Below are positions 28,931-38,949 of a DNA stretch of 64,000 nt, piece after piece. How positions within the stretch are numbered: position 1 is the first letter of the stretch; each line of letters starts with the position of its first letter. The notes under the pieces are model-generated. The model saw only the letters and a program-made list of their open reading frames with translations, had not been told where the DNA came from and made no database searches. The position numbers were made by a program, and so were the translations under genes. This DNA comes from an uncultured Spirochaetota bacterium (GTDB lineage: Bacteria > Spirochaetota > Spirochaetia > SZUA-6 > Fen-1364): assembly GCA_963734545.1 (NCBI GenBank), contig CAVTHO010000004.1, positions 448,001 to 512,000 of the forward strand, in the 5' to 3' direction.

Positions 28931-30372
28931 TGACAAAGGTACGTGTGGAGATCCCCACCGCGCTGCGCGCATTCGCCGGCAATCAGGACGCGGTGGAGGT
29001 GGCGGGAGAAACGGTGGGAGAGCTCCTGCAGGGACTGGCCAGCGCCTACCCGCAGATGAAGAAGCACGTTTTCGACGATCAGGGCAAGCTGCGCAACTTC
29101 GTCAATGTCTACGTCAACGACGACGACATCAAGCACCTGGACAAGGAGCAGACGCGCGTGGGCGCGAAGGACGTGATCAGCATCATCCCGTCCGTGGCCG
29201 GCGGGTCGGATCACGGCGGCAACGGAGCGCTCACCCAGCAGCAGGTCCAGCGCTACAGCCGGCACCTCATCATGCCGGAAGTCGCCATGGAAGGGCAGCA
29301 GAAGCTGCGCCACGCGCGTGTGCTCGTGGTCGGCGCAGGGGGGCTCGGCTCGCCGGTGCTCTCCTACCTGGCGGCAGCGGGAGTGGGAACGCTCGGGATC
29401 GTGGATTTCGACACGGTTGATTTCACCAACCTGCAGCGACAGATCATCTATTCGACGGGGGACGTGGGCAGGCCCAAGCTCGAGGCAGCGGCGGACAGGA
29501 TCCGCGCCATGAACCCGGATGTCCGGGTGGTGATGCACGAGGATCGCCTGACTTCTGAGAATGCGCTTTCGATACTGAAGAACTACGATGTGGTGGTTGA
29601 CGGAACCGACAACTACCCTACCCGCTACCTTGTCAACGATGCCTGCGTGATGCTCGGGATCCCCAATGTCTATGGCAGCATCTTCCGGTTCGACGGCCAG
29701 GCCTCGGTATTCTGTCAGAAGGACGGTCCCTGCTACCGATGCGTCTATCCTTCCCCTCCGCCCCCCGGGCTGGTTCCAAGCTGCGCGGAGGGAGGCGTTC
29801 TCGGAGTTCTCCCCGGCATCATTGGAACGATCCAGGCCACCGAGGCGGTCAAGATCATTTTGGGCAAGGGCACCACGCTTGCGGGGCGTCTCCTTGTCCT
29901 GGACGCCATGAAGATGCACTTCCGCGAGCTGAAGCTGAGGAAAGACCCCGCCTGCCCCGTCTGCGGCGAGCATCCCACCATCAAGGAGCTCATCGACTAC
30001 GAGCAGTTCTGCGGCATCCGCGGTGAGGAGATGGAGGCCAAGGACCTGGGCAAAGAGTGGGAGATAAGCCCCCTGGCGCTGCAGGAGAAGATCCGGGCGG
30101 GAGATGATCTGGTCATCCTCGATGTCCGCAACCCCGAGGAGGCGCAGATCTCGCGGATCCAGGGCAGCATCCTCATTCCCCTCGGCGAGCTGCCCGAGCG
30201 CGTGGCGGAGCTGAACACGGCGGACCAGATGGTAGTGCACTGCAGAATGGGCGGACGCAGCGCCAAGGCCGTGGAGTTCCTCCGCTCGGTGGGATTCAAG
30301 AAGGTGAAGAACCTCGTAGGCGGCATCAACGCCTGGGCAGAGGAAGTGGACAAGACGATGGCGAAGTACTAG
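28927..30372 (+). CDS. moeB: Ubiquitin-like sulfur carrier (MoaD/CysO) fused to MoeB/MoeZ adenylyltransferase and rhodanese
   Basis: The N-terminal Ubl IPTALR…NVYVNDDDI…IIPSVAGG continues in frame into RYSRH, GAGGLG, NLQRQ, CYRC, SCAEGGVLG, CPVC and rhodanese HCRMGGRS. Confidence 0.92.
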   Translation: MMTKVRVEIPTALRAFAGNQDAVEVAGETVGELLQGLASAYPQMKKHVFDDQGKLRNFVNVYVNDDDIKHLDKEQTRVGAKDVISIIPSVAGGSDHGGNGALTQQQVQRYSRHLIMPEVAMEGQQKLRHARVLVVGAGGLGSPVLSYLAAAGVGTLGIVDFDTVDFTNLQRQIIYSTGDVGRPKLEAAADRIRAMNPDVRVVMHEDRLTSENALSILKNYDVVVDGTDNYPTRYLVNDACVMLGIPNVYGSIFRFDGQASVFCQKDGPCYRCVYPSPPPPGLVPSCAEGGVLGVLPGIIGTIQATEAVKIILGKGTTLAGRLLVLDAMKMHFRELKLRKDPACPVCGEHPTIKELIDYEQFCGIRGEEMEAKDLGKEWEISPLALQEKIRAGDDLVILDVRNPEEAQISRIQGSILIPLGELPERVAELNTADQMVVHCRMGGRSAKAVEFLRSVGFKKVKNLVGGINAWAEEVDKTMAKY

Positions 30373-30376
30373 TTCG

Positions 30377-31439
30377 CTAGCAGCCGAGAATCTCGAGGCA
30401 GCGATCGTACGCGAACACGCGGTTCCGCCGGCCGCCGGTGAGCTCGCTGGCTATTCCCAGGTTCATCAGCCTGTCAACGCAATTTGCCGCTGCAGGGAAC
30501 GGGATGCCAGCCCTCCTGCAGACCTCTCCGAGCGTCGTGATCGGCCGCTCGCACAGAGCTTTGTATACGTGCAAGGTGCTCGAGCCCGGGCGCAGGCGCG
30601 CAATGTCGGTATTGAACAAAGTGGCGAGCTGTTGTGCCAGGCCGACCGCGTGTGACGCCGTGTCTTCCACGCCTTCCAGGAAAAAGTCCAGCCAGGATTC
30701 CCAGTCTCCCTCAGCCCGCACAAGGTCGAGCAGCCGGCGGTACTGCGGCAGACCGGTCTCTGAAGTAGAGGCTCAGGCAGAGAAAGGGATGGGTCATGAG
30801 GGGCACCAGCATGCGGCTGACCCTGCCGTTACCGTCGAAGAATGGGCGAATCATTTCGAGTTGGACATGCGCCAGCCCGGCTTTAATAAGCGGCGAACAA
30901 GGGCCCTGGATAAACAGCTCGAGGGCGGCCATGCAGTTTTCCACCTGCGCCGGAGGTGGCGGAACGTAATGCGCGGCGCTCGGACGCGTACCGCCTACCC
31001 AGTTTTGCGTGGCGCGGAACACACCAGGAGGCACCCTCCAGCGAGTGCGCGCCAGGAGCACCTGATGCATGTCACGGATCAGCCTGTTGCAGAGCGGAAA
31101 TCCTTTGCGCAAGCCGGCCAGGCCATGCTCAAGCGCAGCAACATAGTCGGATGCGCGAGCGTCCGAACCTCCCTTCAGCTCGAAGAGCAGCAGGTCCATA
31201 AACGAGCACTGGCTGCCATTTATACGCGAGGAGAGCACTGCCTCCCGGCGGATGAATGCGTAGCGAGGGAGCCTGATGCTATCCAGGCGGCAGAGGGAGA
31301 GCATCGCCCTTTCCAGAAGGCGCTGGCGCGAGCTTGAGATTTCAATGGGCGGATCCGGCGGAAGCTCGGCAGGGACGAACGGTCGAATCAGCTCGCTGAA
31401 GCTGGAGACGTGATATTTCCCGGACACACCTCGCCGCAC
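30377..31439 (-). pseudogene. Degenerate Fic family protein
   Basis: Has FVPAELPPDPP, EAVLSSRING, FRATQNWVGG and a C-terminal TGGRRNRVFAY. The Fic motif reads RPFFDGNGR (His replaced by Arg). There is a frameshift near 30740 and segments look shortened. Confidence 0.75.
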
Positions 31440-31506
31440 TGAGAATAATCTCTCCCATATTAAGGGTTGGAACACCTAACCATTAATATGGACGAGCAAA
31501 ATCCCA

Positions 31507-31656
31507 GGGCGCTTGTGGGCTCGAGGGCGTGGGCCCGGGGGAGTGGACTCGGGGCGCTTGTGGGCTCGAGGGCGTGGGCCCGGGGGAGTGGACTCGGGGC
31601 GCTTGCGGGCTCGAGGGCGTGGGCCCGGGGCGCTTGCGGGCTCGAGGGCGTGGGCC
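31507..31656. repeat. Tandem repeat: four copies of GGGCGCTTGYGGGCTCGAGGGCGTGGGCC
   Basis: Copies start at 31507, 31552, 31597 and 31628 (periods 45, 45, 31). The first two linkers are identical. Confidence 0.92.
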
Positions 31657-31665
31657 AGAGGCTAC

Positions 31666-32535
31666 TCAGCTGACGAAATTGTCCAGAACGTGCTTGAAAC
31701 CTTCAGAGATTTCGGTCATGGGAGGCCGCAGCTCGGCTGACTTGATGAGCCCCTGCTTTGCAAGGATGTATTTGACAGGAGCAGGACTCGGCTCCTTGAA
31801 GAGCAGCGGAATCATCTTCGTGAGAATGTTCCACTCCGACAAGGCAGTCCGGAGATCGTTCCTTTGAATGGAATCCCACACGTGGATGAACCGATCCGTC
31901 TGCAGGTGTGCCGAGGCCATGATTCCCCCGTTTCCCCCGCCGACAGCATTGAAGTAGAAGAGGATGTCCTCACCCGTCAGGACGGAGAAGCCGGGATCCC
32001 GCTCCCTCAGGAGCTCGATGGATTGCGGCACGTTCCCGCTGGAATCCTTGATGCCGACGATGTTCGGAATTCTCGACAGTCTCAGGGTGGTATCGTTCTC
32101 GACATTGCGGCCGGTCCGATGAGGGATGTTGTAGATGAGGACCTGTTTGTCGGTGGCCCCTGCAACCCGGGCATAGTGCTCGTAAATGCCTTCCTGAGAA
32201 GGAAGATTGTAGGAAGGCGAGGTCACGAGGTAGCCGGAGATGCTGAAGCGATTCAGATTCACTATCAGGCGGACCGCCCTCTGCGTACTGTTGCTGCTCA
32301 CTCCGACGTAGACAGGCACCTTGCCTTTGACGACATCGACGGTGGCCTCGACAATCTGGTTGTACTCGTTCTCTTCTATAGTGGGAGACTCACCTGTCGT
32401 TCCCAGCGGGATGAGCCCGTGGACACCCTTGGCCAGGTAGTGGACCACCAGCTGCCTGTACGCTGCAATATCCACCCTGCCGTCGATGAAAGGAGTGACC
32501 AGGGGAATCAGAACACCGTTTACTCTGCCTGCCAC
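31666..32535 (-). CDS. dapA: 4-hydroxy-tetrahydrodipicolinate synthase
   Basis: LVTPF, LGTTGESPT, IYNIPHRTG, GIKDSSG and PAPVK. GTG start after GAAGGAGG. Confidence 0.88.
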   Translation of the reverse strand: MAGRVNGVLIPLVTPFIDGRVDIAAYRQLVVHYLAKGVHGLIPLGTTGESPTIEENEYNQIVEATVDVVKGKVPVYVGVSSNSTQRAVRLIVNLNRFSISGYLVTSPSYNLPSQEGIYEHYARVAGATDKQVLIYNIPHRTGRNVENDTTLRLSRIPNIVGIKDSSGNVPQSIELLRERDPGFSVLTGEDILFYFNAVGGGNGGIMASAHLQTDRFIHVWDSIQRNDLRTALSEWNILTKMIPLLFKEPSPAPVKYILAKQGLIKSAELRPPMTEISEGFKHVLDNFVS

Positions 32536-34182
32536 TGCAATGCCTCCTTCAGTGACTCGAGCACGGGCGTGATGTCTTTCTCGCATCCCACAGCTATGCG
32601 AACGAGAAACCGGGGGAGCCCGATCTCGGCGAGCTGTTCGTCCGTATCGTCATAATGGGTGAGCAGGGTGTAGGGACAGAGAAGCGTCAAATCCGATCCC
32701 AGGCTTGGTGCCTTGATGATGCCGGGAAGCGGAGAATCATAGAACCCGCGGAGGCCTTCCAGGCTGTTTCGGGTCAGCACAAAGCTGATGACACTGCCCG
32801 GGTCCGCGCAGCAGGCGTCGGGCAGTGGAGTAGCTGCGGTGCGACGGGAGGCCGTTGAAAAAGACGCGCTGGACGCCCGGGTGCTCCGCCAGGAAGGAAG
32901 CCACCCTGGCTGCGTTCTCATTGAATCGGCGCATCCGCTCGGCCAGGCTGCCCAGGTTCCTCTCCAGCGCTTCGGCTTCCAGGGGAGACATCCTGTCGTT
33001 CAGCAGGTCCTGATTGTCGGCAAGGACCCGAGCCCGCTCGGCATCACGCACGATCACCGCTCCTCCGGCATGGTCGTTGCGGCCGTTGAGGTACTTTGTC
33101 GTGCTGTGAATCACGTAGTCCGCGCCGAGCTCGAAGGGACGACAGTTCTCGGGCGTGGCGAAGGTGTTGTCGACCACGAGGGGAATCCCGCGCGCCCTCG
33201 CGATCCGGGAGAGAACTTCCAGATCGGGTACGTCGCTCAAAGGGTTGGTGATGGTTTCCGTGAGGATCGCCGCAGTCTGATTCCCCGCGAGATCGTCGAG
33301 CCTCTCGAGCTCATCCACGCCGAGAAACACGTTGCGCCCGAGACGGAGGCTCACGAACGTGTCGTTGTAGAGATGGCCTACCGCAACGATCTGCGATCTG
33401 CCTGGTCGGCGAAGAACGTCGAGAACCCGGGTGATTGCGCTCATTCCGGAAGAATAGAGAAACGCCTGCTTTCCGCCCTCCAGCCGGCAGAGCGCCTCTG
33501 CCACGCGTCGGGAAGCCCCAGGGTCGCTCCGGTCGCCCCTGCCGCTCAGGAGGCAATCCGCCGACCTGCTCGAGAGGATGGGACCGCGTCGCTTCATCTG
33601 CTCGGCGAGCCGGTCCATGGTGCGGTCCGCATTCCCCAGCACGGCACCCGCCTGCACCGTTTCCTGTCCGGCGCCGAGCCCCACGACAAAGAATCGCGCG
33701 CCGGTCGCTTCAGCGGGCGGCTCCGGCAGCCGGCCGTGCCCGGACCTCACGACGGCGATAACTGCATCGTCCCGACCAAGATCCGGCGGTATCTCGTCTG
33801 CCCGCGCAATGACTTGAACAGCAACTCCCTCCCGGTCGCACGCGGGAAGAAAAGTATTGTCGGTGAAAGGCGGTGCCGTGTCCTTTCCATTCAGGAGAAT
33901 GATCCTGCTCTTTATGCCCGGTTTGTGGAGACAGAGAACAAGCTCGAGGAGCGCGATCTCGAATGATTCCGCCAGTTTGCAATGCCGGCAGTGGAAGCTG
34001 CTTTTCAGCGCCTCTTCGAGCTGCCGCAGCCGGGGATGGGAGACGAACCTGTAGTATCCGTGGTCGAACTCCGCCGTGCCTTCCTTGAACGCGATGACGT
34101 CGGCCAGAGTCGGCAGGGTCCCTGTGATCGAATATTCACCGCCGACGGCCTCGCCCGGCTTGCAGTCCTTGAGATCAGCCAT
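32520..34182 (-). CDS. Cys/Met metabolism PLP enzyme (cystathionine gamma-synthase-like) with an N-terminal extension (frameshift near 32790)
   Basis: SSGMSAI, ETITNP, VVDNTFATP and HSTTKYLNG (PLP Lys). The C-terminus APSLG…LVRIAVGCE lies in ORF 32520-32921. Confidence 0.82.
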
Positions 34183-34218
34183 GGCGAAGGATACCGGGCG
34201 CGCCGTCAGCGTGTCAAA

Positions 34219-34875
34219 CTATGGCTGCGGCACGATGCGCAGGTACGGCCGCGGCGCCTTCCATCCCTGCGGATACGTTTTCCTTGCCTCCTCGTCCGAG
34301 ACGGAGCCCGCAATTATCACATCGTCCCCCGCCTTCCAGTTGACCGGCGTGGCAACCTTGTGCTTCGCGGTCAGCTGCAGGGAGTCGATCACGCGCAGGA
34401 CTTCATCGAAGTTCCGACCGGTCGTCATGGGATAGACGATCATCAGCTTGATTTTCTTGTCGGGGCCTATGACGAACACGTTGCGAACGGTCTGGTTGTC
34501 CGCGGCGGTGCGTCCCTCGCAGCTCCCGTCAAGGTCGGCGGGAAGCATGCCGAACGCCTTGGAGACTTCCAGCCTGGTGTCCCCTATCATGGGAAAGTTC
34601 GGCGCAAAGCCCTGCGTGTCCTTGATGTCCTTTGACCATTTGGCGTGACTTTCGACAGGATCGACGCTCAGCCCGATGATCTTGGTATGCCTCTTGTCGA
34701 ATTCGGGCTTGAGCTTCGCCATGTAGCCAAGCTCCGTCGTACACACGGGAGTGAAATCCTTGGGGTGCGAGAAAAGCACAGCCCAGGAATCGCCAATCCA
34801 TTCGTGGAATCGAATGCGGCCGTCCGTTGTTTCCGCCTCGAAATCAGGGACGATGCTGCCTATCTGAAGAGCCAT
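34219..34875 (-). CDS. 1-Cys peroxiredoxin (Prx6)
   Basis: FSHPKDFTPVCTTELG, YPMTTGRNFDE and ATPVNW. Confidence 0.95.
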   Translation of the reverse strand: MALQIGSIVPDFEAETTDGRIRFHEWIGDSWAVLFSHPKDFTPVCTTELGYMAKLKPEFDKRHTKIIGLSVDPVESHAKWSKDIKDTQGFAPNFPMIGDTRLEVSKAFGMLPADLDGSCEGRTAADNQTVRNVFVIGPDKKIKLMIVYPMTTGRNFDEVLRVIDSLQLTAKHKVATPVNWKAGDDVIIAGSVSDEEARKTYPQGWKAPRPYLRIVPQP

Positions 34876-34904
34876 TGCTCACCTCCATCAAAATGTTATG
34901 TAAA

Positions 34905-34926
34905 CATACTGAGTATATTGAGTATG
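34905..34926. promoter_or_regulatory. Palindromic operator-like site upstream of prx
   Basis: CATACTGAGTATATTGAGTATG (CATACT…AGTATG) in the AT-rich divergent intergenic region. Confidence 0.5.
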
Positions 34927-35008
34927 AGGCAAGCAAAAGAGTGGCAGGCAATTTCTTGACACGACATATCTCGATCCTCTATCAAAGTGAGAGGGGGGAG
35001 GGGCTTGA

Positions 35009-35995
35009 GTGAATATCGGCATCAAGCAGCTCGCCGACATCGCCGGCGTTTCCATAGGCACGGTGGATCGCGCCCTGCACAACAGGTCGGGGATCGATCC
35101 TGCCACAAAGGACAGGATACTTTCGGTCGCGCGTGAGCTGCACTATCGCCCTCACTATCTGGCGCGCAGTCTCGCGAACGGCGCATCCATGACGATCGGC
35201 GTCGTGGTGTACGATCTCAAGAACTTCTTCTTCTCCGAGCTGGTCGAGGTGATCGAGGCAAAAGCGAAGGCCAGGAACTACTACGTGTATCTCATGCTCA
35301 GTCACAAGGACCAGGAGCAGGAGATCCAGTCCCTCGATCATCTCCGGGGGCTGAACGTCGACGGGATCATCATGGTCCCCATCAATTGGGGCTCGGATTT
35401 CGACAGGTACCTGCGGGGCCTGGACTGCCCGATCGTCACCATCTCCAACAGGATTTCCAGGAATTGGCCGTGGGTGGGCATCAACGACTACGAGGCCATG
35501 GGAGATGCCGTCCGCTACCTCGCCGCCAAGGGATACACGCGCATCGTCTACGTGAGCCCCAATGTCGCGGGCGCGTGCGCCAGGAACCTCAGCAGCGCCG
35601 ACCAGAGACTGCTCGGCTACGAGAACGCGCTGCGCGACAACCCCTCACTCAGCGGCCCGACGCTCGTCGACAGCGACGAGGTGAATCGAATCCTGGAGCT
35701 CATGGGGGACATCCGCGCGCAGAAAACGTGCGTGCTCTGCAGCGCGGATATCCAGGCGCTGGACGTCCTCAACGTGCTCAAGAAAAACGGAATCCGAATT
35801 CCCCGGGACGTCGGTCTCATGGGATGCGACAATATCGACGTCCTGGACTACATTGCGCCCCGGCTCACCACCATCGCATTTTCCATCAAGGACATCGGGT
35901 CAAGGGCTTTCGACTGCATGATGGGCCAGATCGACGGCAGCCCCGCGGAGAGCGTGGTCCTCACGCACACCATCGTGGATGGAGAGTCCACCTGA
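35009..35995 (+). CDS. LacI family transcriptional regulator
   Basis: IKQLADIAGVSIGTVDRALH HTH and a periplasmic-binding-like C-terminus (PRLTTI). Confidence 0.93.
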   Translation: MNIGIKQLADIAGVSIGTVDRALHNRSGIDPATKDRILSVARELHYRPHYLARSLANGASMTIGVVVYDLKNFFFSELVEVIEAKAKARNYYVYLMLSHKDQEQEIQSLDHLRGLNVDGIIMVPINWGSDFDRYLRGLDCPIVTISNRISRNWPWVGINDYEAMGDAVRYLAAKGYTRIVYVSPNVAGACARNLSSADQRLLGYENALRDNPSLSGPTLVDSDEVNRILELMGDIRAQKTCVLCSADIQALDVLNVLKKNGIRIPRDVGLMGCDNIDVLDYIAPRLTTIAFSIKDIGSRAFDCMMGQIDGSPAESVVLTHTIVDGEST

Positions 35996-37030
35996 TCACG
36001 AGACCTGGATCTGTACCTTGACGCTCCCCGGGTCCGGCTTCGCCGCATACACGAAGGCCTCGATGCTCTTCTCGAATGGAAATGTCTCGGTGGCCAGCGG
36101 AAGCAGCTTCACCTTGCCCGAGGCCATCAGGCTCAGCGCGCGGGGGTACACGTGCGCGTACCGGAAGATCGTGCTCATGCTGATCTCCTTGGACTGCGCT
36201 TTGACGATGTCATAGGTGATGGGCGCAACCGGCATGCCGATGTAGACGAGCCGTCCTCCCGGTCTCAGCATGTCCAGGCATTGGGACGCGACATTCGGGT
36301 TTCCGCTCGCCTCGAAGACCACGTCCGCGCCCCAGCCCCCGGTGAGGCTCATCACGACGTCCACGGGGTTTTCTTTCGAGGCATCCACCGTGCGGACCGG
36401 ACCGAGGGCCGCGGCCCTCTCGAGCTTTGGTTTCGATACGTCGGTGACCACGAGCAGACCGCATCCCCCGCCCATGGCGGCAAGAACGGTCATCAGGCCG
36501 ATGGTGCCGGATCCGACGACCACGGCGATATCGCCGGGCCGGATCTCCGCCTTCGAAGCCGCGTGCATGCCGACCGCAAGAGGCTCCACCATGGCCCCCT
36601 CCGCGAAACCGACGTTCTCCGGCAGCTTGAAGGTGAAGTCCGCCGGGTGCACCACGCTGGTGCGCAGCACGCCGTGGATGGGGGGTGTTGCCCAGAAGCG
36701 CACGGCGGGATCCAGATTGTACATGCCCAGCCGGGAGGCGCGGCTCCCCGGATCGGGGATTCCCGGCTCCATGCACACCCTGTCCCCGGGGCGCAGCCCG
36801 GTCACTTCGACCCCCACCTCCTCGATCACACCGCTGGCCTCGTGCCCGAGGATCATCGGCTCCTTCACCACGTAGGGCCCGATTCGACCGTGCGTGTAGT
36901 AGTGCACGTCGCTCCCGCAGACACCGACGGTCCGCACGGCGATCCTGACATCGCGGGGGGTCATTTCCTCGTGAATCTCGATCTCCCGCAGGGAGAGCTG
37001 ATTCACTTTCTCCAGTACGAGCGCCTTCAT
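35996..37030 (-). CDS. Zn-dependent polyol dehydrogenase (xylitol/sorbitol dehydrogenase-like)
   Basis: [23 protein letters not shown] and GSGTIG. Confidence 0.9.
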   Translation of the reverse strand: MKALVLEKVNQLSLREIEIHEEMTPRDVRIAVRTVGVCGSDVHYYTHGRIGPYVVKEPMILGHEASGVIEEVGVEVTGLRPGDRVCMEPGIPDPGSRASRLGMYNLDPAVRFWATPPIHGVLRTSVVHPADFTFKLPENVGFAEGAMVEPLAVGMHAASKAEIRPGDIAVVVGSGTIGLMTVLAAMGGGCGLLVVTDVSKPKLERAAALGPVRTVDASKENPVDVVMSLTGGWGADVVFEASGNPNVASQCLDMLRPGGRLVYIGMPVAPITYDIVKAQSKEISMSTIFRYAHVYPRALSLMASGKVKLLPLATETFPFEKSIEAFVYAAKPDPGSVKVQIQVS

Positions 37031-37089
37031 ATGTTCCTCCTGTGAAACCGAGCAGGAACCAGATCGTGACCGGCAGGATGAGCATTACT

Positions 37090-37107
37090 CTCGTTAACGT
37101 ACACGAG
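37090..37107. promoter_or_regulatory. LacI-type operator upstream of the polyol dehydrogenase
   Basis: CTCGTTAACGTACACGAG has CTCGT/ACGAG arms and a central CG. A minus-strand TTGACA lies near 37134. Confidence 0.55.
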
Positions 37108-37151
37108 GATCTTGAAACTGGGAGGAAATGTCAAGCAGTTTTCGAGGTCCC

Positions 37152-38948
37152 TCAGGGCTGTCTGGAGTCCACCTTCTCCCGGTAGAAAGCCTGGAGGGTA
37201 TAAAACGCCTTCTTTCTGGTCTTCTTGTCTTCCGCGATGAGCCCTTTTCGATTGAATCCGCCCTGGTAGCGGTTCTGCCGCCGCGGACACGTGAAGTCAT
37301 AGAGGATCCAGGGGGTCAGCCCCCTGACGTACGTCAGCTTCCGGATGGTGCGTATCTGGATCTCATAGACATGTTCCATGTACTCCTCGGTGAACTTCTC
37401 GGAAACGGTGCCGTGATGCCCCGCCCGGGCATCCGCGCCGAACTCCGAGATGATCACCGGCTTGTCCGGGCTGGAGTTCCTGAACAGGACTTCCAGCTCC
37501 TCGATGTTCGGCTTGTACCATCCGTAGTATTCATTCAATCCAATGACGTCCAGGTACTCGCTGAGCCGGTCCTCGATTCGTATCTTTTCATGATTGACCA
37601 GGCAGGCTGCGGTCACGAGCCGGGAGGGGTCCACCGCCTTGGCCTTCAGCGCGAGGTTCTTCATGAACCGCAGCCGATCGTCCGTGTCGGCGTTCTCGTT
37701 GCCGACCGCCCAGATGATCACGCTGGCCCTGTTGAAATCCCGGTTGATCAGCTCGCTGAGCTGGTTTTCCGCGTCCGCGTAGGTGGACGGGTTCTGGAAT
37801 TCGATGGCCCAGTACACCGGGATCTCCTCCCACAGAAGGAACCCCAGCACGTCCGCCATCTTTGCCACCAGCTCGTGGTGCGGGTAGTGGGCAAGACGAA
37901 GGAAGTTGCAGCCCAGGTCCCTGGCATCTCGGAACCTGCGGCCGATGTCCTCACCGTCGCTGTACTTCCCCTTCAAGGCGTCGTCTTCGTGGACACTGAT
38001 GCCGCGCAGGAACAGCGGCTTGCCGTTCAGGAGAATGTCCGTGCCCTGGACCCGGATCTGGCGGAACCCCACCCGGTCGGCCACCTCGTCCTCGCCGCAC
38101 CGCACGCGCACGTCGTAGCACCGGGGGTTCTCCGGGGACCAGAGCTCGGGGGCAGCGTGCAGGGTCTCCCGGCAGATGCCGTCATGCACGGCGAGCTCCT
38201 TCCCGATCTGGAGCTCGGGGATGTCCACGGTGAGTGTGCCGCGCCAGCCGGGATCACTGAGCCGGACTTCCAGCGCGATATTCTTGAACGTGTCGTCCGG
38301 GACAAGGTGGATCTTGAAGTCCTTGATGAAAAGCGCCGGCACCCTGATGAGCTCGATGTCCCGGTAGAGCCCGCCCCAGTTGAACCAGTCGGTGTTCCTC
38401 ATGGGCACCCGGTCCGAGGTCCGTGTGTTGTTCACGCAGACCTGGATGGTGTTCTCCGGCTTGAGCTTCCCCGTGAACTCGCAGAAAAACGGCGTGGACC
38501 CGCCGTAGTGGTTTCCCAGGAACTCCGAGTTCAGGTACACCTTGGTGTCGTAGTTGGCGCCCCCGATCCTCAGGAAAACCCGCTCGCTGCTGTCCACGGG
38601 ATTGTAGAGGAACGTCCGCGCGTACCAGACGCAGCCCTCGAACCAGAAATACTCGGGCTTGATCCGGTTCCAGCAGCCGGGCACCCAGGACAGCTCGCCC
38701 TGCTCAACCTGGTAGTCATACGGGACCTGCTCGCCCTGCGCGTTGCGGCCCTTGGGCACATGCCAGTTGTCCCGCAGGCCCACGTCGTACTGGTCCAGCA
38801 CCGTGTGCCACAGGCCGTTGAGCTGTTCCCGTTTCCTTCCCTCCACGAAAATCATGCTCTCCGCATTCAAGGTGCGCGTATCGAACTGGGCGTAGTAGCG
38901 TTCGTTGTGGATTGACGCCTCGAAGTTGCCTTTCGGTCGGACCTGCAT
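37152..38948 (-). CDS. Glycoside hydrolase family 2 (beta-glucuronidase-like)
   Basis: DWFNWGGLYR, RLAHYPH, WAVGNE (acid/base), ISEFGA (nucleophile) and NRKGL. Confidence 0.92.
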   Translation of the reverse strand: MQVRPKGNFEASIHNERYYAQFDTRTLNAESMIFVEGRKREQLNGLWHTVLDQYDVGLRDNWHVPKGRNAQGEQVPYDYQVEQGELSWVPGCWNRIKPEYFWFEGCVWYARTFLYNPVDSSERVFLRIGGANYDTKVYLNSEFLGNHYGGSTPFFCEFTGKLKPENTIQVCVNNTRTSDRVPMRNTDWFNWGGLYRDIELIRVPALFIKDFKIHLVPDDTFKNIALEVRLSDPGWRGTLTVDIPELQIGKELAVHDGICRETLHAAPELWSPENPRCYDVRVRCGEDEVADRVGFRQIRVQGTDILLNGKPLFLRGISVHEDDALKGKYSDGEDIGRRFRDARDLGCNFLRLAHYPHHELVAKMADVLGFLLWEEIPVYWAIEFQNPSTYADAENQLSELINRDFNRASVIIWAVGNENADTDDRLRFMKNLALKAKAVDPSRLVTAACLVNHEKIRIEDRLSEYLDVIGLNEYYGWYKPNIEELEVLFRNSSPDKPVIISEFGADARAGHHGTVSEKFTEEYMEHVYEIQIRTIRKLTYVRGLTPWILYDFTCPRRQNRYQGGFNRKGLIAEDKKTRKKAFYTLQAFYREKVDSRQP

Positions 38949-38949
38949 G

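Noticed and set aside
28502-30372. Ubl-E1-JAMM as an antiphage ubiquitin-like system (Bil or CBASS Cap2/Cap3)
   Set aside because: There is no E2 or CD-NTase. The E1 is a canonical MoeB with rhodanese and is coupled to cysteine synthase, which fits sulfur transfer.
31507-31656. Possible CRISPR array
   Set aside because: The linkers are identical or absent rather than unique spacers, they are too short, and no cas genes or leader are present.
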